Source of the DNA: an uncultured virus (IMG/VR IMGVR_UViG_3300013936_000024)
Taxonomy: Duplodnaviria; Heunggongvirae; Uroviricota; Caudoviricetes
IMG/VR virus record: IMGVR_UViG_3300013936_000024
DNA length: 64,000 nucleotides
Reading direction: 5' to 3' (one strand)
The notes beneath the pieces are model-generated. The model made no database searches and was not told where the DNA came from. It saw only the letters and a program-made list of their open reading frames with translations. Both the position numbers and the translations under genes were made by a program. Positions 49,028 to 59,259 of the stretch are shown piece after piece. The first letter of the stretch is position 1. Each line of letters begins with the position of its first letter.

Positions 49028-52000
49028 ATGCGTAATATAAAAGATATGAAAAATAAAGAATATAGTCTTCAACTTTTAACACATAAAAGCGAGATTTTTG
49101 CAACCCGTGAGGATGCAATTGAATATTTCAATGAAAATTTTAGACCGAATTCACTGATTGGAGAACCAGCATTGGCCTTTTACGGAGACCAAAAATCTCC
49201 GAATGCCATTATCGCCATTGGCACGTCTGACAGGAAGATATTCTGCATTGACGCTAATGACTTAGATGAAAGAATTTCGGCAATCTCTAATAGTTCGACG
49301 ACGGAAAAGGAGAATATTTCAAATGCACTTGCGTCAATAAACGAGATAGTCAAGGCTTGCGGATTCGTCGTCGATGAAAACAAGATAAAGGACAAAATTA
49401 CTTATACACCCGATCCAAAAGATAAAGTTATCGGAAACGCTGTATCATTATCTGATGCTGTTACAAGTCTTTCAGACTTCATTCAGCAAGGCTTCAGTGA
49501 CAACGGTATTAAAGTAGAGGACACGAAATCAATCACATTGACTTATTCAGATAGTGCAGATGGGAAAAAAGTACTGAAAGCCAACGTTAAATTGTCCGCA
49601 AGCGGCGATTCTGACAACGTTGATTTTAACAACAACATCATCTGTCAGAAAGAAGACGGACTATACGCAGCTTCTAACCTTGAATATGACGCAGACAAAA
49701 ATGAACTCACATTCACCGCAAGCGGAATTAAAGATGGTAAGTTTCGTGACGACGCATATCGCAAGGTTATCAGCCTTGGCAAACATACTGAATATGTAGC
49801 AGATAATATCGCACATAGCATCGATGTTAAGATTGACTCTGAGAAGCAATCCATCTCAGCCGATGCGAAGTTATCTGAAGATGCCAATAACATATTGGGA
49901 CTGCAAGACGGTAAACTATTCGTTGATGGTCGTGCATCCAACATAAAATATGAAGGCAAGACAGTATATAAAAGTATTAAGGAACTTGAAGCCAAGTCAG
50001 ATACTGTGGAAAAATCCGTAAATGACATAAAAGCGGATATTGATGACTTTAAGAAGAACAGCAAGATACATGGTGACACAACTGATACCGTTGTCGTTAC
50101 GGCGACTGAGGAAGATACGGGGGGATATCACGTGTCGGCAGGTTTGCGTCTTGGAAGTGATAGAACCATCATCGTGAAAAACGGAGGCATTGAGGCCGAT
50201 GTTGAGCTTTCGGCTAACGCCAAGGAAGGTACTCTTTTATTACGTTGCGGTAATCTGACCAAGGTAATTACATTGCCGAATGTTGATATTGTAGAGGATG
50301 CTCACTATGATTCTACGACCAAGAAGCTTGTCATAATATTTAAGAATGATTCACGTGTTGAGATAGACATGCAAGCACTCGTTAAAGAATTTACATTTGT
50401 CGAGACAGGTCCGGTAAGTCTCATTGAGTCTCCTAATGACAGCAACGGTAATAAGGTCAAGGCTGAACTTAAACTCTCTTCTAACGACAACATGCTGTCT
50501 GTCGTCAATAACGAGTTAGTTGCGCCAAAGTCAATAGTAACAGATGCAGTAAAGGCTGAGTCCGACCGTGCTCTTGCTGTAGAGAAAACATTGACTGACG
50601 GCCTTTCTGCTGCTAACAAAGCAATACATGACGAGACAGACAGGGCAACGGCAGCAGAAAGCACTCTTTCAGTTAAGTTGGATAACAACATAGCGACTAC
50701 GACCGCCATTAATTCTGACGTTACAACGTTAAAGACTGAAGTTGTGAACATGAAGGCACAAGACGTTGCTTTAGCTACTGCATTGACTACAGAACAGACA
50801 CGTGCCACTAATGAGGAACAACGTATCGAAAGCTTAGTCAACTCCCACTATAATGAGGCAAATGCACTTCATGACGAAATAAAGACCAATGTCAAAGATT
50901 TGACCAATAAGGTCAATGAAACAAAGCTTGATGTCACCAACGCAAATAATGCGATAGGAAACGAAGCAAGCGAAAGAACAAGGCAGGATGACATAATAAA
51001 GGCGGATGTTGCCGATTTATCCGCCGATATTGCTACGCTTAACGCAAGCGAGGACACACCCTATTCTGTAAGACATATAGTTAAGACAGAATACACTGAC
51101 AATCTAACCCAACTGATAGGTAACGAGACTGACCGTGCAACGCAGAAAGAAAACGAACTTGCCGATAAGATAGAAAAGTTCAGTGCTGAGACTAATGGCA
51201 GTCTTGCTGACGCTCTTTCCGAAGCCAAGACGTACACCAATAATGAAGTCGGAAAACTCAGCACGTCTGTGAATACGAATTTGGAAAAAGCAAAGGTTGA
51301 GGTATCTAAGGCTTTATCAGATGACGCTACAGCAAAGACAACTGCGGCTCTTTCCGAAGCCAAGTCATATACCGATGCAGCAACCGCAACACTGACTGCC
51401 AAGGACACTGAGATTGACAGCAAGATTGCTGAGCTTGTCCAAAAGGACAAAGATACGGATATCGTGTTGTCAACCAAGATAGGCGAAGTTACTGTTGTCA
51501 AAAATAGTCAAAGTGACTTGCAATATACATTGATGGTAGACGGCAAGCCTTCAGGTGAGATAAACATACCTCAAGACCAATTCGTTGACAGTGTTAACTA
51601 TGATGAAACAAATAAACACATCACTTTCGTATTCATCACCAAGACAGGCAATAAGACTGTTGAAATCGACATTTCAGACTTGGTTGACAACTATGTCAAC
51701 GGAGATGGCATATCATTAGATGGAAATAAATTCTCATTGAAGATTGATCCTTCTTCTGAAAGCTATCTTACCGTAAGTGAAAACGGTGTTAAGCTTTCGG
51801 GAATCAATGATGCTTTAAACGTGAAAGCAAATGTTGGTGATTCATATACAAAGACTGAATCTGACAGCCGATACCTGACTGAGCATCAAGATATCTCAAG
51901 TCTTGCGACTAAGATGGAGCTGAATGTAGTTACGGACAATGTGAATCGGTTAGACGAAAAAGTTAATGAGAACATTTCAGCAATTGATATAATCAACGGA

Positions 52001-53524
52001 AATTATGCACAGGAAGGGTCAATCGCCAAGGCTTTGGTAGATGCCAACAGATACACCGACAAAAAGATGGAAGATGAAGCTGTCATTGCACGTGCCGCAG
52101 AGAAGGCGAACGCAGACGCAATAGCTATCATCAACGGTAACGAAGCACAAGAAGGCTCAGTGGCAAATGCGATAAAGACATCAAAAGACTACATCGATTC
52201 TGAGATAAAAACAGTGGAGACTTCCATAGAAACTACCAAGAACGAACTGAAAGGTCAGATAGACAAGAAGGCCAACGCCGACAATGTTTACACCAAGGTG
52301 GAAATCGACACCAAAGGCTTCCTTACGCAGTCGAATATTGACAGTCTTGCCGCCAAAACGGAAGTTGAACAAGAAGCCATACGGGCGAAAGCCTCAGAGA
52401 AGGCGAACGCAGACGCAATAGCATCACTTAATGGGCAAGTGGCATCCAACGCAACTGACATACAGTTGCTTAAGAATGAATCCACAAGGCTTAGCCTGAC
52501 TGCCACGGAAAGCAATTCAGTAAAGACAACTGTAAGCAAGTCCGATACAGGCACTACCATAAATGCAGATGTCAAGCTTAATCTCTCAGGTCAAAACATA
52601 CTGAAATTGGACGGTAATGGCTTGTATGCCAACGTTGAACTCACATACAACAAGGCAACAAATATATTAAGCCTTAATAATGGTATATCAACTACGGACA
52701 TTCAATTATCCAAGCAGTCACTCGTGACCGCAGGGTACTATGATTCCAATACAAAAAGTATTGTATTGGTAATAGCCAAGGACGACGGTACAAGCGAGAA
52801 AATCTCGATACCCGTAGGCGACCTCATGAACGCATGGAACGTAGAGAACAACGATAAGAACCCTATCAAGCTTGCTAAGTCACCTGACGCTAACGGCGTA
52901 GACACCCTTACAGCAAGATTGGATATCTCTACTGAAAGTCATAATGCAATACTGAACGACAACGGTACGCTCTACGCATCTAACGAGGCATCGAAGCTCA
53001 CGGCTTTATGGGGCGGCACGGAAGTGACCATTCAAAAGGCTATCGAAGACCTTAAAACACAGACTGACAAGGTCGGAGGCATGTCTGTCGATATCGACAC
53101 GTTGAAATCAGACGTACAGCAGTCGAAAACAGACATATCCAACTTACGGTCTTCTGTTGACAGTATCAACAGCAAGGTTGAACAAAACGTTAAGGATATC
53201 GGGTCTAATAAGGGAGCAATCGACACGTTAAAAGGTCAGATCATCAACTTAAGCTCAGATGTTACCAACCTATCGAGCAGCTTTAATGAACTGTCAAACA
53301 GCTTCAAGCAGCTTTCTGATAAAGTTGATGCTCAAGAGGAAAGAGTTAGCACTCTCGAAGCTGACATGAAGAATGTTAAGAACGACTTGCTTGCTATAGG
53401 AACTAAAGTCAATAACATTCAGAATCAACTCGGTACACCTGAGGAAGAACAGTCAAGTGTGTATGACAGACTTAAAAATATCGAAAAAGCCTTGAGCGAT
53501 TTGATTGATTTTGGAAAATACTAA
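49028..53524 (+). CDS. Long tail fibre / coiled-coil fibre protein
   Basis: 1498 aa; repeats E.DRA..AE..L and N.L....DGLY; extended heptad regions. Confidence 0.7.
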   Translation: MRNIKDMKNKEYSLQLLTHKSEIFATREDAIEYFNENFRPNSLIGEPALAFYGDQKSPNAIIAIGTSDRKIFCIDANDLDERISAISNSSTTEKENISNALASINEIVKACGFVVDENKIKDKITYTPDPKDKVIGNAVSLSDAVTSLSDFIQQGFSDNGIKVEDTKSITLTYSDSADGKKVLKANVKLSASGDSDNVDFNNNIICQKEDGLYAASNLEYDADKNELTFTASGIKDGKFRDDAYRKVISLGKHTEYVADNIAHSIDVKIDSEKQSISADAKLSEDANNILGLQDGKLFVDGRASNIKYEGKTVYKSIKELEAKSDTVEKSVNDIKADIDDFKKNSKIHGDTTDTVVVTATEEDTGGYHVSAGLRLGSDRTIIVKNGGIEADVELSANAKEGTLLLRCGNLTKVITLPNVDIVEDAHYDSTTKKLVIIFKNDSRVEIDMQALVKEFTFVETGPVSLIESPNDSNGNKVKAELKLSSNDNMLSVVNNELVAPKSIVTDAVKAESDRALAVEKTLTDGLSAANKAIHDETDRATAAESTLSVKLDNNIATTTAINSDVTTLKTEVVNMKAQDVALATALTTEQTRATNEEQRIESLVNSHYNEANALHDEIKTNVKDLTNKVNETKLDVTNANNAIGNEASERTRQDDIIKADVADLSADIATLNASEDTPYSVRHIVKTEYTDNLTQLIGNETDRATQKENELADKIEKFSAETNGSLADALSEAKTYTNNEVGKLSTSVNTNLEKAKVEVSKALSDDATAKTTAALSEAKSYTDAATATLTAKDTEIDSKIAELVQKDKDTDIVLSTKIGEVTVVKNSQSDLQYTLMVDGKPSGEINIPQDQFVDSVNYDETNKHITFVFITKTGNKTVEIDISDLVDNYVNGDGISLDGNKFSLKIDPSSESYLTVSENGVKLSGINDALNVKANVGDSYTKTESDSRYLTEHQDISSLATKMELNVVTDNVNRLDEKVNENISAIDIINGNYAQEGSIAKALVDANRYTDKKMEDEAVIARAAEKANADAIAIINGNEAQEGSVANAIKTSKDYIDSEIKTVETSIETTKNELKGQIDKKANADNVYTKVEIDTKGFLTQSNIDSLAAKTEVEQEAIRAKASEKANADAIASLNGQVASNATDIQLLKNESTRLSLTATESNSVKTTVSKSDTGTTINADVKLNLSGQNILKLDGNGLYANVELTYNKATNILSLNNGISTTDIQLSKQSLVTAGYYDSNTKSIVLVIAKDDGTSEKISIPVGDLMNAWNVENNDKNPIKLAKSPDANGVDTLTARLDISTESHNAILNDNGTLYASNEASKLTALWGGTEVTIQKAIEDLKTQTDKVGGMSVDIDTLKSDVQQSKTDISNLRSSVDSINSKVEQNVKDIGSNKGAIDTLKGQIINLSSDVTNLSSSFNELSNSFKQLSDKVDAQEERVSTLEADMKNVKNDLLAIGTKVNNIQNQLGTPEEEQSSVYDRLKNIEKALSDLIDFGKY

Positions 53525-53592
53525 AGATATTTATAATTGACGGCAATACAAACCGTCAATTATAAAGGATAATAAATTAATTAATTAATATT

Positions 53593-55083
53593 ATGGGTAT
53601 ATCAGATTTTAACAAAAAAATTCTACAAATTTTAAGAAATACCGAAATGGTTGCCGACCGTGCAGCTGCTATCGCAAAGATAGAAGGTATGAAGGAAGCC
53701 AAACGTGACGGTGAACTCATAGCTTGCCGTTATACTAAAGGAGATACCGTTAAGGCAATTATCGGTGTTGTAACTAAAGTAGGTGGCAAGGATGCTATCG
53801 TTACATATTTCGAAGGCATTAATAACGGCGAAACAATTCCTGATGTCATCAAAGCCTCTCTTGACAATCTGACGACTGAAGTCAATTCCATAGAGCAAGG
53901 TGCAGGTCTTGAAGACAACGGAAGCTATAAAGCTGATGCCGCTGACAATATACTAAAGACCTCGACATCACTAAAAGATGCCGACAGTAAGTTGTCTGAT
54001 GCAATTGAGAAACTTCAGTCTAACGTTGAGATAAAGAAATATGCTAATAAGGTTAGTCAAGAATTGCAGGACGCTAACTACACAAGTGCTCAAGCTGACG
54101 TATATAACGTACTCCACACCAATGAAGATGGTACTGACGAGAAAGTCGATGACTTCCAACTCACATATACGCCCCTCTCGCCTATGGACTTGAAAGTTCC
54201 TGCGACAATGGGTGACATCACACAGGGTACAAAGGCAAGTGAACTGAAAGGTAAACCATTGTCTGAAATCCTTGACAGCATCATTTTCAAGACTATCTAC
54301 CCGACTGTTACCGACCCATCAGCAAGCATATCGTTCAAAGGATTCAATAACAACGGTTTGGTTGAAGTTGGTGCAACTGCACCAAAAGTGGCAGACAATT
54401 TCACAACGTCACTTTATAAGGGTAAGGTAGAGGTGAAAGACGGAGTAACCGCAACTACCGACTACGTGGGAAATGCGTCAGCAACGACAGTCAAAATGAC
54501 ATATGTGCCTTATGCGGCTAACGCCAATGCCGGTACAACCTCTGACGGTAGCGCAAAAAATGACGTAACGGAATTCGATGAAAAGTTCGGTCTCGGTAAA
54601 TATACATATAGGGTTACTATTGACTACGTGCAAGGTTCTGTAATGAGGACATCAAAGGGCGCAACACCTAATCCAATGCCAACAACCAATAAGGGTAATG
54701 TTGCCAATCCTCATGCGGCCGGAAACGTTACAAGTGGCATAGTCACTTTGAACGCCACGCTGCCTATATTCGCTACGACTAACACTACTACCAATACCTC
54801 AAAGCAGGGTCTTATCGCTTGGGGGGCAATGACATTCGCACCTTCTGCAAAATGGCCTGCGACTACAGCCTCTGCGCCGCTCGTAATTGAGACTCCAAGA
54901 AAGATAAACACTTTCTACGCATACAATGAAGTTTCAGGCAAGTTTGACGTTAACGTTAAAAGTAGTCTGTCCTCACCGGTCGAGATAAACAAGACTTTCG
55001 GTGACAAACAGTATAAATATTTCCAATATAAATGGGTCGGCGGAGCTGCTGATTCAAAGAGATATCAGGTAGTTACATTCTAA
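53593..55083 (+). CDS. Tail-fibre-associated protein
   Basis: 496 aa; TSLKDADSKL motif; T/G-rich beta C-terminus. Confidence 0.55.
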   Translation: MGISDFNKKILQILRNTEMVADRAAAIAKIEGMKEAKRDGELIACRYTKGDTVKAIIGVVTKVGGKDAIVTYFEGINNGETIPDVIKASLDNLTTEVNSIEQGAGLEDNGSYKADAADNILKTSTSLKDADSKLSDAIEKLQSNVEIKKYANKVSQELQDANYTSAQADVYNVLHTNEDGTDEKVDDFQLTYTPLSPMDLKVPATMGDITQGTKASELKGKPLSEILDSIIFKTIYPTVTDPSASISFKGFNNNGLVEVGATAPKVADNFTTSLYKGKVEVKDGVTATTDYVGNASATTVKMTYVPYAANANAGTTSDGSAKNDVTEFDEKFGLGKYTYRVTIDYVQGSVMRTSKGATPNPMPTTNKGNVANPHAAGNVTSGIVTLNATLPIFATTNTTTNTSKQGLIAWGAMTFAPSAKWPATTASAPLVIETPRKINTFYAYNEVSGKFDVNVKSSLSSPVEINKTFGDKQYKYFQYKWVGGAADSKRYQVVTF

Positions 55084-55114
55084 ATAAACAATTTAAACGA
55101 AAGAAATTTATAGC

Positions 55115-56623
55115 ATGGCTAGTATAAAATTTACAAATCCGATTGCTCTCCCGGCTCCTTTTAAAGCCGGTTCTTGTGACCCTGTCGATCCAAGACAAGT
55201 AGTTGAGACCAAAGATGACATGGTTAAGAACTGTGCTGATACATTCGGTACTGTCGGAGATTATTGCCTTATTGCACTTGGACTGCATGTGTATGTTGAG
55301 ACAGAAAAAGCCGAATACATGTATGTAGGCCCTTATTCAAAAGGAAATGGTATTCTCACCACTGAAGCACAAAAAGAATCTAATTGGCGTAAAGTTTCTG
55401 ACGCTAATTCATCAGCCGACCACGTAACAGACAAACTGCAAGACTTACAAAGCCAAATCGGTACAGGCTTCGACGAGACTAATACAGTCAAAAAAGCCAT
55501 CGAGGACGAGAAAGCCGCAAGAAAAACTGCGATAGAAGCATTAGACAAGGAGGATGTTGCCGTAAAGGGTCAGTTCGTTGATTCAGTCAGCGAGACCGAC
55601 GGAGTTATTACCGTCAGCCGTAAGTCCATTACTTCAAATGACAAGTCAGTAACTCTGAATACCAATAACGGAGTTGACGTAAGTGTGAACATCGACGGCA
55701 CTACCATCGTACGCAACGAAAACTCGGGTAAGCTAAGCGTAGCAAGCGAAGCGATAGTACAATATGTCGGCGCAGAGTCAGTTAAGGTCTCGGACGTTAA
55801 CAAGGAAACCAATACAAAGACAATCTCACTCGCGATCGATAATGACGATGTACTGTCACAGTCTGATAAAGGCATAAAATCGTCTATAAAACTCGTTGAG
55901 CTTACTGCCGACGAACTTAAAGCCCTAGGTGAGACAAACGTCAAGACTGCATATAAATTGGTTGGTAAAGATGGTACTACAGCAAAGGGCGCACTTGTCA
56001 AGATAAACAAAGACCAGACTCTGAAGAGTGTTAAATATGAAAATCAGATACTTACTTTCACATACACACTTGCAGATGGCACTGACAGTGTAGTGGAAGT
56101 TAGCATGTCTGACCTTATCCAAGAAAAAGAAATGGGTGATGGTATAGAATTGGTCGATCACAAGGTTACTGCCAAGATTGATGCCAAAAGCGAGAATTAC
56201 TTGACTGTAAGTGCAGACGGTCTTAAAGTAAGTGGTGTCGATGATGCAATAGATGCTGAGACAGAACGTGCCAAGGGTGTCGAGGGAGAACTTACCGCAT
56301 CAGTTAACACAGTCGAGGCAAGCGTAGGCTTGGCTGAAAATGGCGACCACGTTACAACAAAGGGCAATTACACAAATCAGGCTACGACTGTCGTTGGTGA
56401 GATTGCCGCACTTGACGCACAGGTTAAGAAGAACTCTGACGCTATTGCCAAGAACCACGTCGAGGCTGCTGACGAAAGTGTCGTAGTCGATAACTCTGCC
56501 ACAAACAAGACTACCATAAAGGTACAGTTCGCCGCTGCCAAAGAAGGAAACGCAAATGACTTGTTCACCATTGAAAGCGGAGGCATCACAATGTCTAATG
56601 TTTGGGACTGCGGAACATATTAA
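55115..56623 (+). CDS. Tail-fibre-associated protein
   Basis: 502 aa; shares GDGI.L....KID..SE.YLTVS..G.K.SG with 49028..53524; ends DCGTY. Confidence 0.6.
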   Translation: MASIKFTNPIALPAPFKAGSCDPVDPRQVVETKDDMVKNCADTFGTVGDYCLIALGLHVYVETEKAEYMYVGPYSKGNGILTTEAQKESNWRKVSDANSSADHVTDKLQDLQSQIGTGFDETNTVKKAIEDEKAARKTAIEALDKEDVAVKGQFVDSVSETDGVITVSRKSITSNDKSVTLNTNNGVDVSVNIDGTTIVRNENSGKLSVASEAIVQYVGAESVKVSDVNKETNTKTISLAIDNDDVLSQSDKGIKSSIKLVELTADELKALGETNVKTAYKLVGKDGTTAKGALVKINKDQTLKSVKYENQILTFTYTLADGTDSVVEVSMSDLIQEKEMGDGIELVDHKVTAKIDAKSENYLTVSADGLKVSGVDDAIDAETERAKGVEGELTASVNTVEASVGLAENGDHVTTKGNYTNQATTVVGEIAALDAQVKKNSDAIAKNHVEAADESVVVDNSATNKTTIKVQFAAAKEGNANDLFTIESGGITMSNVWDCGTY

Positions 56624-56661
56624 TTGAAAACAACAACAAAAACAAAACGGACATAGTTGCT

Positions 56662-56706
56662 AAGAACCTCGTACAGGATGTTTTCCCGTACGGGGTTCTG
56701 TTTTTC
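56662..56706. terminator. Bidirectional terminator between the fibre operon and the polymerase C-half
   Basis: AGAACCTCGTAC...GTACGGGGTTCT followed by a T run. Confidence 0.75.
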
Positions 56707-56710
56707 TTGT

Positions 56711-58366
56711 CTATTCTGCCATTTCGTCTTCTTCTACCTCGTTGTTCTTTGTGAAATCCTTGTCAACAATATCGAAGATGCTTCCAATTTTCACTTTGTA
56801 TTTCTTTGAGACGAAATCGCCATTGTTTATATTCTCATCTATCAGTCTCAGCAACTTTTCGGGAAGCACCCCCTCTTCAAGTACCTTATCGACATCTTCT
56901 CTTTTAAGAGACGCTATACAATTATCATAAGATTCTTTTTCTTCACGAATCCCTTCTTTCTCCAACTCTTTCTGACGGTCAAGATAATTTTGCTTTATCT
57001 TTCCCCAATCCATTCCACATTCCTTTGTATACGGAGGCACTTTATTGTTTTCTATCCAGAATTTTATCTCCTTATCCTCGATGGTCATCAATTGCTCATA
57101 TGTATCTTGGTCGATTGTCTCATATGGCTGTCCTGCAACGAGTTGACTTTCGTTCTCCGTAAATTCCTTTCTATCCTTTGGGGAAGTTATTAGTATGTTA
57201 TTTATTGTCTTGCCTTTTTCATTGACAGTGTAACGAATTTTTTCGTTAAAGCACACAAGCAGAGGTTTAATACGTTTATTAAACATATCGATATATTTCT
57301 CTTTGTTATACTCAATGTCGTCTGAACAGAAGTGATCGTCCTCATCCTCGACAATATCATTAGGTAATCTAACACAATTAAAAATGATAACATCCTTATC
57401 CTTTATTGATGGATATGCCTTGTGTATATAATCATCTTTTGATATGTATTTTTTCTTAGAATTTGGTGGAGTTAACACAATAGGGTCATTGGCTTTTTTA
57501 AGACGGTTGTATTCACTTTCCAATCCTTTTGACAGAGACACAATATTTCCTTTACGGTCAGTCTTAGGAGTGCCATCTTCATTGGTCATGTAATCGATTT
57601 CTTTCCCATCTCTTCCGTCAAAATAGTACTTAGTAACTCTTTGTACATCAGACACCGATTTCTTGTCACCTGTGTTAATATAATAGATAGTGTCACCCAT
57701 ATTGACTGACAAGTTATCACGTATGGCTAATTCATACCAAGCTTGTCTTGCTTTCTTTGTACCACCAGCAGTTAACTGCTTGCAACTTTCCTTATATGTC
57801 TCGATGGAGGTTTTTATTTTGCCAACAGTCGCAATATCTTTCAAAGGAATTTGCATATTATAAATTTTCTCAATATAATCATAATAATAGTTAAGAAAAT
57901 CAGAACCCTTGCCGTGCAATAGCATATCAATGGCATTATTAAGAAACTTCTCAATATATATCGGCATCTTTTTTGATTTGATAGTGTTGCCTACCAGTTT
58001 CTTAGAACCATCAGGCATTAAATCAGCGTAATTTTTACGAGCGAATTGGATACAAGCGTCACAATACTCATCGATTCCTAAACCGTTCTTTAATACTCCT
58101 CCATTGTATGCTTCATTAATAAATGTATCCTCGAATTCAGCAACATCGGCGTCGACCTCGGTGTATTCTTTTCCTTTCTTGACATTACGGCCGAGTCCCT
58201 TACCTATATAAGGATGCTCTTTTGTATAACGATATTTTAACGGTTTTTGGAAGTTGAACCCATCAGTATTACTTAATACGTTCATTCCCAATGCATTAAC
58301 AACAGTTCCATCTAATGAAATGTCGTATACATAATCATCTGTTTTGCCTAATTTTGTTATTTTCAT
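56711..58366 (-). CDS. DNA polymerase B, C-terminal half preceded by the split intein C-fragment
   Basis: 33 aa IntC (VYDISLDG..VNALGMNVLSN) then TDGF, RKNYA and a thumb region. Confidence 0.9.
   Translation of the reverse strand: MKITKLGKTDDYVYDISLDGTVVNALGMNVLSNTDGFNFQKPLKYRYTKEHPYIGKGLGRNVKKGKEYTEVDADVAEFEDTFINEAYNGGVLKNGLGIDEYCDACIQFARKNYADLMPDGSKKLVGNTIKSKKMPIYIEKFLNNAIDMLLHGKGSDFLNYYYDYIEKIYNMQIPLKDIATVGKIKTSIETYKESCKQLTAGGTKKARQAWYELAIRDNLSVNMGDTIYYINTGDKKSVSDVQRVTKYYFDGRDGKEIDYMTNEDGTPKTDRKGNIVSLSKGLESEYNRLKKANDPIVLTPPNSKKKYISKDDYIHKAYPSIKDKDVIIFNCVRLPNDIVEDEDDHFCSDDIEYNKEKYIDMFNKRIKPLLVCFNEKIRYTVNEKGKTINNILITSPKDRKEFTENESQLVAGQPYETIDQDTYEQLMTIEDKEIKFWIENNKVPPYTKECGMDWGKIKQNYLDRQKELEKEGIREEKESYDNCIASLKREDVDKVLEEGVLPEKLLRLIDENINNGDFVSKKYKVKIGSIFDIVDKDFTKNNEVEEDEMAE
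58268..58366 (-). other. Split intein C-fragment (IntC, 33 aa)
   Basis: Block F YVYDISL; terminal S-N followed by Thr+1. Confidence 0.88.
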
Positions 58367-58376
58367 ATTTAAATTA

Positions 58377-59174
58377 TTACCTTAAACTAAAATCGTTTTT
58401 ATTAATACCATTTAATATGTAATTCTCGTCATAATTAACATTATTAATATACATTATAGGTAAATTATGTTCTTTACAAAGTTTTTGCTTCGTCTTATCT
58501 CTTTCTTTTATTATTTTAAACTCTTGTAACGCCCATTCTTTTCCTCGTCCTGCGAAATCGACTGGTTCATAATGTTGTCGTCCTTGGCATTCAATCGCAA
58601 TATGATAATCGGTCAAATAAAAATCTAAATATAAATTTATTTTATATTTAAGCCAAGTGAATGTTTTTTCTCTAACATAAGCTATGTTGTTATTATCTAA
58701 TAGGCTACAAAGATTTTTTTCCATCTTACTTTGTATTCTTCTGCCATTGCGACATTGTATACAGCCTCCATCCTTTGACGTAATGTGGTCACAGGCAATT
58801 TTATGAAATAAATTTCCGCATCTTTTACATTTAATAGTTATAATAGAATGGCTATTTTCGTATTCATTTCTAATATTAGGATAGCAAAATAGGTCGTCAA
58901 ACCTTTCATTAGTTATACTCAAAAAATGAATATAATTATTTTTTCTGAACGTCTTTGCATATTCTTTACCGCATATAGGACAACCTTGTCCTTTTAAATG
59001 ATTTTTAGGTGTTTGTGAAAAAATGCCATGAATAGGACATAGAATGTCCACTTTTGTTGTTTTATTTATAAAGTAAACATTATTATATCCGTATTTCCCT
59101 TTATGGACGATTGTTGCATTATTTTTAAATTCTTCTTCTCTTTCTTTTCTTTTTAATTCATTCATTCTATACAA
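58377..59174 (-). CDS. Homing-type endonuclease (Zn-ribbon + Vsr/PD-(D/E)xK-like)
   Basis: CPIHGIFSQTPKNHLKGQGCPIC; LDFYLTDYHIAIECQGRQHY; RDKTKQKLC. Confidence 0.75.
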   Translation of the reverse strand: MYRMNELKRKEREEEFKNNATIVHKGKYGYNNVYFINKTTKVDILCPIHGIFSQTPKNHLKGQGCPICGKEYAKTFRKNNYIHFLSITNERFDDLFCYPNIRNEYENSHSIITIKCKRCGNLFHKIACDHITSKDGGCIQCRNGRRIQSKMEKNLCSLLDNNNIAYVREKTFTWLKYKINLYLDFYLTDYHIAIECQGRQHYEPVDFAGRGKEWALQEFKIIKERDKTKQKLCKEHNLPIMYINNVNYDENYILNGINKNDFSLR

Positions 59175-59259
59175 TTTGTGTAATTGTTTAATACACTGAA
59201 GTTATCGACAAAGTTACCGTTTATTTTCGTATTTACCAAGAATATTATACTAAAATCGG

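Noticed and set aside
49180..56589. Many antisense ORFs in the ORF track (also elsewhere, e.g. 4062, 18511, 29656)
   Set aside because: Shadows of real genes with biased codon usage; no motifs or start context.
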